Part shown: in pieces, positions 1 to 13,865 of the stretch
Layout: every line of letters starts with the position of its first letter
Position numbering within the stretch: position 1 is the first letter of the stretch
DNA from: the human T2T-CHM13v2.0 reference genome, Homo sapiens
Direction: 5' to 3' (one strand)
DNA: 64,000 bases
Assembly: GCF_009914755.1 (NCBI RefSeq)
Contig: NC_060937.1
The notes under the pieces: generated by a model
Told to the model about the DNA's origin: nothing
Databases searched by the model: none
What the model saw: only the letters and a program-made list of their open reading frames with translations
Position numbers and translations under genes: made by a program

Positions 1-267
1 AAATTTAAGAATTATATTATTCTGACATGATTTTAAACTTTACAATTTTTTAGTCTAATAAGAGTAAAATTTGAATTGCTTATCACGTGTATGATGCTCT
101 TCCTTAGCAATTAAAAAAGAAGATTTAACTTTTCTTGTTACTCATCTGACCAAATAAATATCTTTATATGATCACTGTGTAGCATTAGTTGATTATGCAG
201 TTTTTATACAGTAACAATATACTTGGACTCACTGACACTATGACATAACTCTAATTCATGGCATGTC

Positions 268-1815
268 TTTTTAAAAATTGATACATAATAATTTTACATA
301 TTTATGGGGCATATGTGATATTTTGTTACAGGTACAGAATATGTAATAATCAAGTCAGAGTATCTGAGGGGGTCCATCGTCTCTAGTGTTTATCATTTCT
401 ATGTGTTGGGAACATTTCAAGTCTCTTCTAGCTATTTTGAAATATAAGATACATTGTACTTAACTATAGTCACCCTCCTCGGGTATTGAACATTAGAACA
501 TATTTCTTCTATCGAACTGCATGTTCATACCCATTAACCAACTTCTCTTAATCCTTCCAGTCTTCCCCACACTCCACATCCTTTTCAGTCTCTGGCATTC
601 ATCATTCTACTGCGTGAATTCATCATTCATCTGAGTGAGATCAACTTTTTTAGCTCCTGCACACCAGAGAGACCATATGTTTGTCTTTCTGGGCCTGACT
701 TATTTCACTTAAGACTTCACTAGACACACTTTCACTTCTAGTTCCATTAATGTTGATGCAAATGACACAATTTCATTATTTTTTGTGGCCAAATAGTATT
801 CTACCATGTATATGTATTATATTTTCTTTATCTATTATCCCTTTATGGACACAGTTTGATTTCATATATGTGCTATTGTGAATAGTGCTGCAATAAATGT
901 GAGATATTGCTTTCATATACTGATTTCTTTTCCTTTGTATTAATACCAAATCTCAAATACTAAATACTGGATCAATACCCAGTAGTAGGATTGCGGATTG
1001 AATGGTAGCTCTATTTTTAGTATTTTGGGAAATCTCTGTACCATTTTCCATAGTAGCTGTAGTAATTTACATTTGTAACAACAACATATAAGAGTTCTTT
1101 TTTCTTCACATCCTTGCCAACACCTTTTATTTTTTGTCTTCTTTTTAATAATAGCCATTCTGACTGAGATAAATGATATCTTACTGTGGTTTTTATTTGC
1201 ATTTTCCTGATGATTAATAATGTTGAGCATCTTTACTTATAACTGTTTACCATTTGTAAGTCTTCTTTTAAAAAGTGTCTATTCATGTCTTTGCCCACTT
1301 TTTAATGGGATTATGTGGTTTGTTTTACTGTTGTTTGAGTTTCTTACATATTGTGGATATTAGTCCCTTTTCAGATAAATACTTTGCAAATATTTTCTTC
1401 TATTCAGTAGGTTCTCTCTTCACCCTTTGATTGTTTCCTTGGCTGTGCAGAAGGTTTTTAGTTTAATATAGCTCCATTTGTCTACCTTTGTTTTTGTTAC
1501 CGGTGCTTTTGAGGTGATAATCATAAAATCTTTGCCTGGACCACTGTCCTAAAGCATTCCCTCTATGTTACCTACTAGCAGTTTAATGGTTTTGGATCTC
1601 AGATTTAAGTTTTTAATCAAGTTTGAGTTGATTTTTGCATATGGTGAAAGATAGGGGTCCAGTTTCAATCTTATGAAAATTCCATTTTCCCAGCATTATT
1701 TACTGAATAGACCATTTTTCCCCCCATGTGTGTTCTGGGCACCTTTGTTGAAAATCAGTTGGCTGTAAATATGTGGATTTATTTCTTGTTTCTGCTCAAC
1801 TGGCTTATGTGTCAG
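268..1815 (-). mobile_element. Old L1 (L1MA-type) 3' end: 3'UTR plus ORF2 C-terminal region, 5'-truncated
   Basis: T-rich tail at left followed by antisense L1MA 3'UTR. ORFs 940..1230 and 1017..1202 give ORF2 C-terminal peptides (MQIKTTVRYHL, RCWQGCEEK). Confidence 0.9.
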
Positions 1816-2125
1816 GTTTTTTTAAGCCTGGAACCTTACATAAATTTATCCAGAAACATTAAAAAGTTCATTAAAACAAAATTTAAATGACAAATCAAGT
1901 TTTCTTCAGTTATAATTGGTTATTCTTTTCATAAGCTATATAGTATACATAATATATCTAAAAGAAATTAGCAAAAATAAATTTAATTTTTAAATACATT
2001 TCTAAAAATTAAATCAAAGGATCAAAAATATGAAAGCAGAACAACAAAAAATTGACATCTCTACTCAAGGTTTAAATAAATAACAAGAGAGCACTGTGCA
2101 ACAATAAATATTAATAAGATTAGCA

Positions 2126-2304
2126 CATATCTTTGCTATTGTGAATAGTGCTGCAATAAACATACAAGTGCAGGCATCTTTTTGATATAATTTGTTTTCC
2201 TTGAGTAGATATCTCCTAGTGGGATTGCGGAATCAAATGGTAGTTCTATTGACATAGAGTGTGGAGTGATATAGAATGTCCGAGATTTCTCAAGGGAAGG
2301 AGTG
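2126..2304. mobile_element. Short bipartite L1 (L1PB-like) fragment: antisense 2126-2250 joined to sense 2251-2304
   Basis: Antisense L1 3' motif tttgctattgtgaatagtgctgcaataaacatac is followed abruptly by sense 3'UTR-like gacatagagtgtggagtgatatag. Confidence 0.65.
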
Positions 2305-4715
2305 TACATATATTTTTTTCTATCTATATTAATCTCTGGTACTTTAAAATCAAAGGTCTTTTATAAGGTCTTGATTGAAACTTAGAAGTTAAATGCAAAC
2401 AATCATATTTAGCACTGATCTTTGTCTCAGGGTTGTACATTAATATTTTACTTAAAATATTTACAGTACCTATTAATATAATGCAACTGTGTACTAGACA
2501 CCTCCTTCAACGTAGAGAGGAAATGTTTATTGTGAGACTACTTAATGAATATATTAAACAAAAGCACAAGTACCAAGGATATCATTCTATGCTTATGATA
2601 CTACATTTCTATCTTTCTTCATTCACAACTTTCCTTCAGAGATTAACAAAGTTTCTATGAACCAGCACACTGAAGAATTTCACTGTAAACAGAAATATCA
2701 AATACAATCAATAAATGAAATTCAAATTTTTTTACGGAATAACTTTAAGATTGATTTTGATAATTAATTAGTTGTCCATAGACTGACATATTGCAGCTTA
2801 TTATAATAAAACACAGAGAAACAACTTAAAAGCCAGTAAAATATGCTGACTGAATTGAAGAATAACTCATTAGCATAAGATATATGGATTGTTTTTTAAA
2901 TGAAATCAAGGATTGTCAGAAAAATAAATCAAAACTGCCATAATAATCCCCATTTGAAATAAACACAATCAACATTTTCAAATATATCAACCAGAGTTGG
3001 CAAAGTCCTTTAACATATCTCTATTATTTGTGCAACAGCTGTTAAACAAGACATAACATTCATATCAACATTTTCAGCTTCAGAATTTGAAGCTCTAGTG
3101 TGATTTGATGGAGATATAATATTTAAATGTATAGAACTGTGATTTTGTTATTCTGTTTTATCTACTGATATTATAATCAATAAAATATATTTTACTAATT
3201 GGGCAACATCTATATAAAAATATAATCTTAAACATGACTTGATCTTTATAAGGCATAATAGAAAAATATTTTGAACCACCTTTGAAAAAGATAGATTCTC
3301 CTGACAATGTGAAAAGAATTGAAAATTTGTTCATGAGATGAAATATGAAATCTTGTTTCATTTTTACAATTATAGATTTGAATATAAAATATATTTAAGA
3401 TTTTTCAAAGATCAGAAATGCATTAATGATAAAATATGTTCCATCTTGATTCTTATGACAATAATATTGCACAGTTGGAAACTTTTATATGTGAAAATGA
3501 TATTCTTCAGAAGTGAGTCCACAGAAAAAGAGATCATCTTTATTAGACTTGAGGAAAAGATAAAGAGGTTAATGAAAACTAAACAAAAAAAACAATGTTC
3601 CAAGATGGGCATATGAAAGTCAGAGTGCTTTCAATTTAAGTTTCAGGTTCTAGTGTCCTCAAGTTTTATGAATCTCAGGAGATATATTTTCAGCCAAATA
3701 AGTAGTAGCCTTAGACTTTATGTCTCGTAACTGAAAAGAAAGCCAGTCAATAAAACTTAACACCGTTTTCTCATAGATCTTGAAGCTCTCAATAACAGTA
3801 TTCTTCTTTTTAAAGCTCTCTTTTTACAGGGCACACCTAAGAATCAAACAAAATGAGAAAAATAACACAGAGAGAGAAATAATACAAGTAATGTGTTTAA
3901 ATAAGCTATAATATTGTTTTTTTACCATTCGTATATTTGAAATAACAAACTATTAAAGAAGTTTATTCCTTTACACAAAAATTAAATAGTACAAAATGTC
4001 TAATTACATCATAGCTGTAAAACTTGAATTAAAAGCAAACTATGGTTGGAGCTTACCATAGTTCTTTACATGACCACTAAGAATATGGAAAGAGTGAATT
4101 CTGAGAAAATTAATGGGATTCTGGGGAAATGATAAAGGAGAAATAGATACAGGTCACATTATCCTAAAACCTTTTTATTAAAGCAAGAGAGTGTTCTGAG
4201 AAAAATATATATATATATTTGAGAGGCACTAAACAATACTTATCCTTGAACTTAATACTTTAGAAATGAAAACTGAAGAAGAAAAAGTTTTCAACTTGGT
4301 AACTGAAAAAACAATGATACAGTTCTGCACCAGAAAAATAGAAGTATAAAGCAATTTTCAATTTAAGAATCAATATTGTTGAATTTTCATATGAGTTAAA
4401 GAACTTATACAAATGTTCTTAAACTCGTAAATGTCTATAGCACAATTGTATCATAATTGAATTAAATAAATTAGAAAAGATTTAACAGACTTAATTTGGG
4501 AGGGGCCACCATCATAAATGACTCACAAACTAAAGAAACACTGGTTTATATGAATATTTCAGGTGAATCAAATATATTTATTCAATAATAAATTTCTACT
4601 TTGTTATATAATTTATTACTACTTTATCTCATGCCTTTTTTGTAAATAAACATACACACTGACCTCAAAACTCTCAAACCAGAAATAGTACAGAACAGTG
4701 AAATTACAATTGTCT

Positions 4716-5212
4716 TGAAACTGACCCAATTGTCCCAAAGAACTGACGTTCAACAGTTTCTTTTGAATAAACAAAGAAACAAACCCTTCTAATCTTAAAA
4801 TCTGAGAAAGTTACATTTGTTTTATCTGAGTTCCTTTGTCAGGAAACCAATGGTCAGGCTCCCCAGATAGTATCAAGGAACTCAAACTTACCAGGTCATT
4901 GCATCTGGACAATAAGACTTCAGACTCCTTACCCATTATGATTACTTAAGCAACCCCTGCTTCCTGTTGACAGACTCCTCTTTCTCACCCCTCCCTAGTT
5001 CCTGTTTTCCTGCATGTAGTTACATTTCTTCCCTGCTATATAAATCCTTAATTTTAGTCAGTCAGGGAGTTGGATTTGAGACTGATCTCCCATCTCCTCA
5101 GCTGTAGCATCTGATTAAAGCCTTCTTCCATGCCAACACTTATTGTCTCAGTGATTGGCTTTCTGTGAGGCAAGCAGCAGGACCTAGAAAAATCCCTGAT
5201 GTTTCAGTAACA
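4716..5212 (+). mobile_element. Solo LTR, LTR47-like
   Basis: TG...CA termini, 4-bp TSD GTCT (4712-4715 and 5213-5216), TATA-like ctatataaa and attaaa poly(A) signal. Homologous to the LTR at 13059. Confidence 0.85.
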
Positions 5213-6522
5213 GTCTTTGTTACCAAAGGAGCCTGAATTTAAATCTTATTTCTTAAGCTAAATAGATATGAAACTATTGGCTCATCTAAATTAACAGATA
5301 CTAATTTTGTCTTTCTGATAATTGGGGAAAATAATAAGTATCTCTTAAAGTGATATAGGATTATATGAAAAACTAATTATACACAAGTAATTCGATAACC
5401 TAGAAAAAATGAATAAATTCCTAGAAAATACAACCTATAAAGACTGGGTCATGAAGAAATAGTCTGAAAATACCTATAACTAATAAGGGTGAATCAGTAG
5501 TCAAAACCCACCAACAAAGAAAAGCCCAGGACCAGATGGCTTCGCTGATAAATTCTACTAAACATTTAAAGAAGAATTAATGCTAATTCTTCTCAAAAGT
5601 TTCCAAAACTTGAAGAGGAAGGAACATATGCAAATTTATGTCATGAGGCAAGTATTACTCTCATACTAAAATCAGAAAAAGTTACCACAAGAAAAGTATA
5701 GGCCAATATCCCTGATGAACATAGATGTAAAAAGTCTTCAACAAAATGCTAACAAACCAAATTCAGCAGCACATTAAAGAATCATATTATGCCAATGCAA
5801 AAGGCCATATATGAAAAGCCCTTAGCTAACATTTTGCTCAAAGGTAAAACAAAAATAAAAAGCTTTCTTTTTAAGATCAGGAATAAGGCAAGGATTCCTG
5901 CTCTCACCATTTCTGCTCATTATGATACTGGAAGTCCTAGACAGAACAATTAGGCAAGAACAGAAACAAAAGACATCCAAATCAGAAAGGAAGAGGTAAA
6001 ATGTGATCATTTTTGCAAATAGCATAGTCATATATGTAGAAAACTCTAAGACTCTACTAAAATAAACTGTTAGAACTAATAAATTTAGTAAAGTTTCAGG
6101 ATAAAAAAAACATACAAAAATCAATTGGATTTCCATAAACTAGAAACAAGCTATCTGAAAAGGAAAATAATTCATTTACGACAGCATTGAAAAGGATAAA
6201 ATGCTTAGGAATAAACTTAACCAAAGAGGCAAAATACTTTTACTAAAAATTACAAAACACTGATTAAATAAATTATAGAAAAGATAAATAAATGACAAGA
6301 ATCTCATAATCATGAATTGGAAGACTTAATATTATTAAAAAAAAGTCCACACTATCAAAAGCAATCTATAGATTCAATGCAACTCCTATCAAAATCCCAA
6401 CGGAATTTTTATGGCAATAGAAAACCTAATCTAATACTTATATGAAACCACAGAGGACTCCAAATATCTAAAAGAGTCATGAGAGGAAAAAACAAAGCTG
6501 ATCATTTTACACTTTCTGATTT

Positions 6523-7162
6523 TGTTAAAGGAGGTAGTTAGGCAGACATGAGCAAGGAAGGGTGAGGCCCTAGAAATGTCAGGTGACTGTCAGGTGATAG
6601 TAAGGCAATTGACAAGCAGCCTTCTAAGTGGTTATAGCTAGAATCAAAGAAGAAGAGCTGCCTGACCTACAGGAAACATTTGAGGCATGGGGGCCACAGC
6701 TCCCTGGTGAAATCTTAAAAGTTGGGCAAGTGCACCTAAGCAGGCACTCTAAAAGAAAAAAAAAAATGATGGAGTTTGACTGATACATGACCTTCCTCTG
6801 GAGACACTCAACTGATAAGAGAAAATTTCCACAACTCAGTAAATACACTGCAAATGCAGCCCCTCCCAAGTGCTGGCAAGCCACTGCACGTGCAGACAGC
6901 CTGGTCCAATGGAGGGATCATAAAAGAAGAAACACAAACTCTGAAATTAAGTCAACATATAAAAATCCCAAGGCAAATCCTGGGTGATGCACTTGACCCC
7001 TTAAGTGGTCTGCTTGGCCCTCTTCCGAGTGTACTTTTCCTTTTTTCATGATAAACCTTTATCTTTGCCTTCAACCTACCTTGGCCTCCTTAGCTGAATT
7101 CTTTTCTCTGAGAAGGCAAGAATCAAGTTCCTGTGGATCACTGTGACTCACTGTCAGTAACA
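6523..7162 (+). mobile_element. ERV1 solo LTR, MER50-like
   Basis: tgttaaaggaggtagttaggcagacatgagc...cagtaaca with 4-bp TSD ATTT (6519-6522 and 7163-7166), inside L1 ORF2. Confidence 0.85.
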
Positions 7163-7684
7163 ATTTCAAAACGTACTTTAAAACTACAGTAATTAAAACA
7201 ATCTGGTACTGGCACGAAAACAAATGGATAAACCAGTGGAAAATAATAGAGTCCAGAAATAAATTCATGAATATGTGGTTAACTGTTCTTAGACAAAGTA
7301 CCTAGAATACATAATGGGGAAAGTATGAACTCTTCATTAAATGGTGCTGACAAAACTGGATATCCACATGCAAAAGAATGGAACCAGACTTTTGTCTTAA
7401 CTCATAGACAAAATTCAACCCAATTTAGATTAAAGACTTAAAACCTGAAGTATAAAACTCTTAGAAGAAAATATAGAGAAAACCTTTATGATATAGGTCT
7501 TAGTAATGATTTCGTGGATATGACACACACAAAAAAGCACAGGGAATGAAAGGAAAAACAGGGTCCAACTACATCAAACTAAAAATAAACAAATTTATTG
7601 CCACCAAAGGAAACAATCAACAGACTGAAATGGCAACCTACACAATAAGAAAAAAAAAATTGCAAACCATGTCTGATGAGGTGG

Positions 7685-9975
7685 TGTATTAGTCCACTTC
7701 AGGTGTTGTATCACATTGCTGATAAAGACATACCTGACACTGGGAAGAAAAACAGGTTTAATTGAACTTACAGTTCCACGTGGCTGAGGAGGCTTCAGAG
7801 TCATGGCAGGAGGCAAAAGGCAGTTCTTACATGGTAATGGCAAGAGAAAATGAGAGAGATGCAAAAGCAGAAACTCCTGATAAAACCATCAGATCTCATG
7901 AGACTTATTCACTACCACTAGAACAGTGTGGGGAAAACCACCTCCATGATTCAAATTATATCCCGCCAGGTCCCTCCCACAACACACAGGAATTATGGGA
8001 GTACAATTAAAAATGAGATTTAGGTGGGGACATAGAACTAAACCATATCATTCCATCCCTGGCCCCTCCAAATCTCATGTCCTCACATTTCAAAACCAAT
8101 CATACATTCCCAACAATCCCCTAAAGTCTTAAGTCATTTCAGCATTAACTCAAAAGTCCACAGTTCAAAGTCTTATCTGAGACAAGGCAAGTCCCTTCCA
8201 CCTATGAGCATCTAAAATGCAAACAAGTTAGTTACTTTCTACATACAATGGGGGTACAGGCATTGGATAAATACAACCATTCCAAATGAGGGAAATTGTC
8301 CAAAACAAAGGGCTACCAGCCCCATGCAAGTCCAAAATCCAGCACGGCAGTCAAATCTTAAAGCTCCAAAATGATCTCATTTGATGCCATGTCTCTCATT
8401 TGGGTCATGCTGATGCAGGAGGTGAATTCCCATGGTCCTGGGCAGCTCTGCCCCTGTGGCTTTGCAGAGTACAGCCAGCCTCCTGGCTGCTTCCATGGGC
8501 TGGCGTTGAGTGTCTGCAGCTTTTCCAGGCACACAGTGCAAGCTGTTGGTGGTGGATCTATCATTCTAGGATCTGGATGACAGTGGCCCTCTTGTCACAG
8601 CTCCACTAGGCAGTGCTGCAGTAGGGACTCTGCGTCGGGGCTCCAACTCCACATTTACCTTTTGCACTGCCCTAGCAGAGTTTCTCCATGAGTGCCCCGT
8701 CCCTGCAGCGAACTTCTGCCTGGGCATCCAGGCATTTCCATACATCTTTTGAAATCTAGGCGGAGGTTCTCAAACCTCAATTCTTGACTTCTGTGCACTC
8801 ACGGGCTCAACACCAGGTGGAAGCTGCCAAGGCTTGGGGCTTGCACTCTCTGAAGCCACAGCCCAAGTTCTACTTTGGACCTTTTCAGCCATGGCTAGAG
8901 TGGCTGGGATACAGGGCACCAAGTCACTAGGCTGTACACAGCACAGGGAACCTGGGCCTGGCCCCCAATACCATTTTCTCCTAGGCCTCCGGGTCTGTGA
9001 TGGGAGGAGCTGCTGTGAAGACATCTGACATGCCCTAGAGATATTTTGCCCATTGTCTTGGGGATTAACATTGGGTTCCAGGCTACTTATGCAAATTTCT
9101 GCAGCAGGCTTGAATTTCTACTCAGAAAATGGGTTTTTCTTTTCTATCGCATTGTCAGGCTGCAAATTTTCCAAACTTTTGTGCCGTATTTTCCTTTTAA
9201 AATGGAATGCTTTTAACAGCATACAGGTCACCTCTTAAATGCTTTGCTGCTTAGAAATTTTTTCCTCCAGATACCCTAACTTATCTCTCTCAAGTTCAAA
9301 GTTCCACTAATCTCCAGGGCAAGGGTGAAATGCAGCCAGTCTCTTTGCAAAAACATAACAAGAATCACCTTTGCTCCACTTCCCTAAAATTTCCTCATCT
9401 CCATCTAAGACCACCTCAGCCTGGACCTTATTGTTTATATCACTATCAGCATTTTTGTCAAAGCCATTCAGCAATTCTCTGGGAGATTCCAAACTTTCCC
9501 ACATTTTCCTGTCTTCTTCTGAGCCCTCCAAACCATTTCATCTTCTGCCTATTAACCAGTTTTAAAGTTGCTTCCACATTTTGGGGTATCTTTTCAGCAA
9601 CACCCCACTCTACTGGTAACAGTTTACTGCATTAGTCTGCTTTCACACTGCTGGATAAAGACATACCCGAGACTGGGAGGAAAAATAGCTTTAATTGAAC
9701 ATAGAGTTCTGTGGAGGCCTCAGAATCATAGCAGGAAGTGAAAGGCACTTCTTACATGGAGGCAGCAAGAGAAAATGAGAAAGATGCAAAAGCGGAAACC
9801 CCTGATAAAACTGTCAGATCTCGTGAGACTTATTCGGTACCATGAGAACAGTATGGGGGAAACTGCCCCCATGATTTAAATTATCTCCCACCAGGTCCCT
9901 CCCACAACACATGGAAATTATGGGAGTACAATTCAAGATGAGATTTGGGTGGGGACACAGAGTCAAAACATATCA
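7685..9975 (-). mobile_element. Full-length THE1A MaLR (LTR 7685-8050, internal 8051-9627, LTR 9628-9975)
   Basis: Two ~350-bp LTRs (tgtattagtc...catatca), THE1 internal sequence and 5-bp TSD ggtgg/ggtgt. Confidence 0.93.
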
Positions 9976-10860
9976 GGTGTTAATATCCAAAATATATAGG
10001 AACCTTCTACAACCCAGTAGCAAAATAATAAATAAAAATAATCTGAGTAAAATATGGACAAAAGACATTTTTTTCAAAGAAAATATACAACAAATGGCCA
10101 ATAGGCATATTAAAAGACACCCAACATCACTAGTTATCAGGAAAATGCAAATAAAATTCAAAATGAGATATAAACTCAAGTTTGTTGGGATAGCCAGTAT
10201 CAAAATGAAAATGAAGACAAAACCAAACAAACGAAAAGTGTTGGCAAGAATTTTGAGAAAATGGAACTCTTCTACAGTGTTGGGAATGTAAAATGGTGCA
10301 GCTGCTATGGAAACAGTATAGAACTTCCTCAAAAAAATTAAAAATAAAACTAGAATTTGATTGATCAGTCTCACTTTCCAGGCGCTTATTTAAAATAATT
10401 GAAATAATTGAAGAGATATTTGTACTCCCATGTTCGTTGCAGCATTATTCAAGCTGTGGAAGCAATATAAATGTCCATCAATTGGTGAATGGAAGAAGAA
10501 TGTCATATATAGACACAGTGGAGTATATTACTCAGCCTGATAAAATAAGAAAATCCTGTCATATGTGACAACATAGATAAACATAGAGAACATTACTCCA
10601 AGTGAAATAAGCCAATCATAGAATTAAAAATATTGCATGATTGCACTTACATAAAGTAATTAAAGTTGTCAAAAATCACAGTAATAGAAAGTAGAATGGT
10701 GGTTGCCAGAGACTGGGAGAGGAGGAAAATTGAAAGTTGCTGTTCAATGGATAGAAAGTCTTCATTATACCAGATGAAGGAGTTCTTGAGATCAGCTGTG
10801 CAACATTGTCCTTAGAATTAACAAGACTACATTATGTACTTAAAAATTTGATGAGGGAAG

Positions 10861-11227
<367 letters not shown>

Positions 11228-12067
11228 TTATTGATAGTAACTATAGTAGTATGAGTAACAGTCCTCTTTTTAAATCTATAATTGGCTTTCCCTAGAGTGA
11301 CCATCTTGAAAAGGAAACATTTAACCTTGTTTTTTTTAACTGTCAACACTACTTGAGTTATTTGCAAACATATTTGTTGAATCTAATTATGGAATTTAGC
11401 TTGGTTTCTACATTACTGAGACTTTGGAGACTTTGTAACAAACTAAAAACAAACTAGCCAATGCCAAATGCTATAAAACCTAAGGAATACAGCAAACACT
11501 AAAATTGTATTTATGTAAATGTATATTTGTACTTTGTTTTCTCCAACCCACTTTCCATGTTTAACTTCAAATCCATATAGAGGAAATTGTGTAACTGTTT
11601 TACCAAGAACTCTATGTCCTTTTAGGTTCCTGACTTTGTAAGGGTCAACCCCATTAACCTATTAATAAATGAGTTTAAAATTAATTACTTAGTTCTTTAG
11701 TGGATGATAAATTGAATTGAAATAGAAATGTACTATTTTCTAGTCTGGGAACAGAGATAATTATAGATAATTAATAAATTATATCTCTGGTCCTAATATA
11801 TATTCTCAATTCTCCAAGAATCTAATTAAAGTGTTCCTTATGTCTTATCTGTACATTAGAAATAACTGGGAAACTTTTTTAAAAACCCTAAAATACCTAT
11901 AGGTCAATCCAAATCAGTTAAGTAAAAATCTCTAGAGCATGGGATTTGCTCTGGTATCAAAAGTTTCACAAGTGGTTCCAATGGGCAAAAATAAATGATT
12001 CAAGGGCTTGCCACAGTGGTGAAGGTTTTAAGAATCAGCTGATCTGGAGCATGTCAGGACATTCCCT

Positions 12068-12424
12068 TGTGAAAACTGTCAGAATCAAAACCCAGTCACT
12101 TGTGTCAAACCCTGACAAAGGGAGCTAGGGAAGGCCCTCAAGAAAGGGTTCTTATGCATATATGCCTGATAATAAGATCTATCACAAAAGACTGCAAAAA
12201 CTATTGTCTTGCACAAAGATAGCCACAAATTTATACAAATAATGATTCTGCCAAGGATAATTGTCTCAAAACTATGTAAATTTCCTTAATCTTTACTTGA
12301 AAAACGCTTGTCTTCCTTTACTTCCCTAAATATGCCCACCATGTTACCATTGCAATGCTCAATCTCAAATAAATATCATTTTCTTTTAGTGAGCCCCTCT
12401 GTCTGTGTGCTGTTTATGTTGACA
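12068..12424 (+). mobile_element. ERV1 solo LTR, MER39-like, internally deleted
   Basis: tgtgaaaactgtcagaatcaaaa...aataaa...gttgaca with near-TSD ccct/ccgt. Confidence 0.75.
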
Positions 12425-12439
12425 CCGTAAACCATGAGA

Positions 12440-13058
12440 AAGAGTTTTGCATGTCATACCTCCTGCCACTCAAAAGGAAGCACAAGTGATGAAAGGTTAC
12501 TCTGGATTTTAGAAGCAGCACTTATGATACTTGAAAAGAGTTCTGTGACCCATTTATCAGGTGGGGTCTGGAAAGCGGGATTTACAACACGTCTAGAATA
12601 GAATAAAAGTGGTTTTGCCATATTTGCTATAGGACACCACATATAAATTTTTAAAGATTCCTGTACTAGATAAAAATGCTCTGTGTTTTTCTAGAAAGTC
12701 CAAACCAGAGATGTGTGTAGAACCTAATGATTCTTGAATGACGCTATGACTTCTACAGCAGAGAACTACATTCCATGTGAAAAACAGTTTCGTAGTATTT
12801 TATGATATCTGGTGACTATGAAATCATCCAAGAGATAGAAGTCATCTAATCACAAGACATGAAGTCAGGCTTTGTGTGTTTGGCATCATCCTGAGCTGAT
12901 CCAGAAGGCATATATAAATTGTATGAATAAATGGTCTAGATTCTCCCATCACCTCTACCTGTTACATTGGTACTGTTTTATTAACTCAGGTCTATGGCCC
13001 CACAGGTGATTTTCTATGACAACCTGGAAAAGAAAATAAAGTGAGCATAACTTATAAA
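12440..13058 (+). mobile_element. Highly degenerate ERVL-type pol (RT/RNase H connection) remnant
   Basis: Motifs cagcagagaactacattccatgtgaaaaacag, ccagaaggcatatataaattgtatgaa and ctatggcc...ctatgac resemble recalled HERV-L pol. No ORF remains. Confidence 0.55.
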
Positions 13059-13563
13059 TGAAACCCATTCAGTAGTCCATAGACAGATTTTTTGGAGGTG
13101 GGGGGAATATAGAAATTGACCCTTCTTGTCTTAAAACATAAAACTTACATTTGTATAATCTGAGTTCCTTCCTCAGGAAATAATCCTTGGGCCTCTCACA
13201 AAGCAGAAACAAACTGAGACTCACCAAATCACCGCATCCAGACAATGAGATTCCAGACCTCATGATTCCTTGCTCCTCTCAAATTTCTGTTTTCCTACCT
13301 GACTGTCTGCTTCTTGTTGACCAAATCCTCTTCATTACCGCACACTAAATCCTGTTTTCCCACACATAGTTACATTTATTCCCTGCTATATAAAATGCCA
13401 GTTTTAGTTGGTGAAGGAGATGGATTTGAGTTTGATCTCCTGTCTCCTTGGCTGCAGTGTCCACTTAAAGCCTTCTTCCTTGGCAGTACTTGTTATCTCA
13501 ATGATTGGCTTTCTGTGTGGCAAACAGCAGGATCTGGACAATACCTATGGTATTTCGGTAGTA
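13059..13563 (+). mobile_element. 5' LTR (LTR47-like) of a gammaretrovirus-like provirus
   Basis: Homologous along its length to the solo LTR at 4716-5212. TATA ctatataaaa at ~13387. Followed directly by a PBS. Confidence 0.88.
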
Positions 13564-13568
13564 GATTT

Positions 13569-13586
13569 TGGTTTCCTGACTGGGAA
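13569..13586 (+). promoter_or_regulatory. Retroviral primer-binding site complementary to tRNA-Glu
   Basis: tggtttcctgactgggaa matches TGGTTCCCTGACCGGGAA (complement of the tRNA-Glu 3' end) at 16/18, 5 nt after the LTR end. Confidence 0.85.
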
Positions 13587-13772
13587 CACACTGCTTGTGG
13601 CTCAGATGCAGGTCGTCAGGAGTTTCAGAAGACTTCCTAAGCAGCTATCTGACCCTTTTTTGGTCAGAGGTTGGCTTTAGTCTTTCTCTACTTGATCTTG
13701 CTGCTGCTGGTCCCAGCTGTATTCCTAATTCCCTAGAAGAACAGCCTTTGAAATCTGACATCTGTGTCTGTA

Positions 13773-13781
13773 CAGGTGAGT
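13773..13781 (+). promoter_or_regulatory. Candidate retroviral major splice donor
   Basis: Perfect CAG|GTGAGT in the leader, ~210 nt downstream of the 5' LTR and upstream of gag. Confidence 0.55.
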
Positions 13782-13865
13782 GTCTTTTGAGGGTGCCAGA
13801 CAATGTGTTATGTTCTGCCCAATTTGGGCAATTCCAAAGGAATTTCCATCTGCAGGTTGAACATG

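Noticed and set aside
3338-3616. 92-aa ORF in apparently unique sequence
   Set aside because: AT-rich, I/K/F-biased composition with no recognisable motif, as expected by chance.
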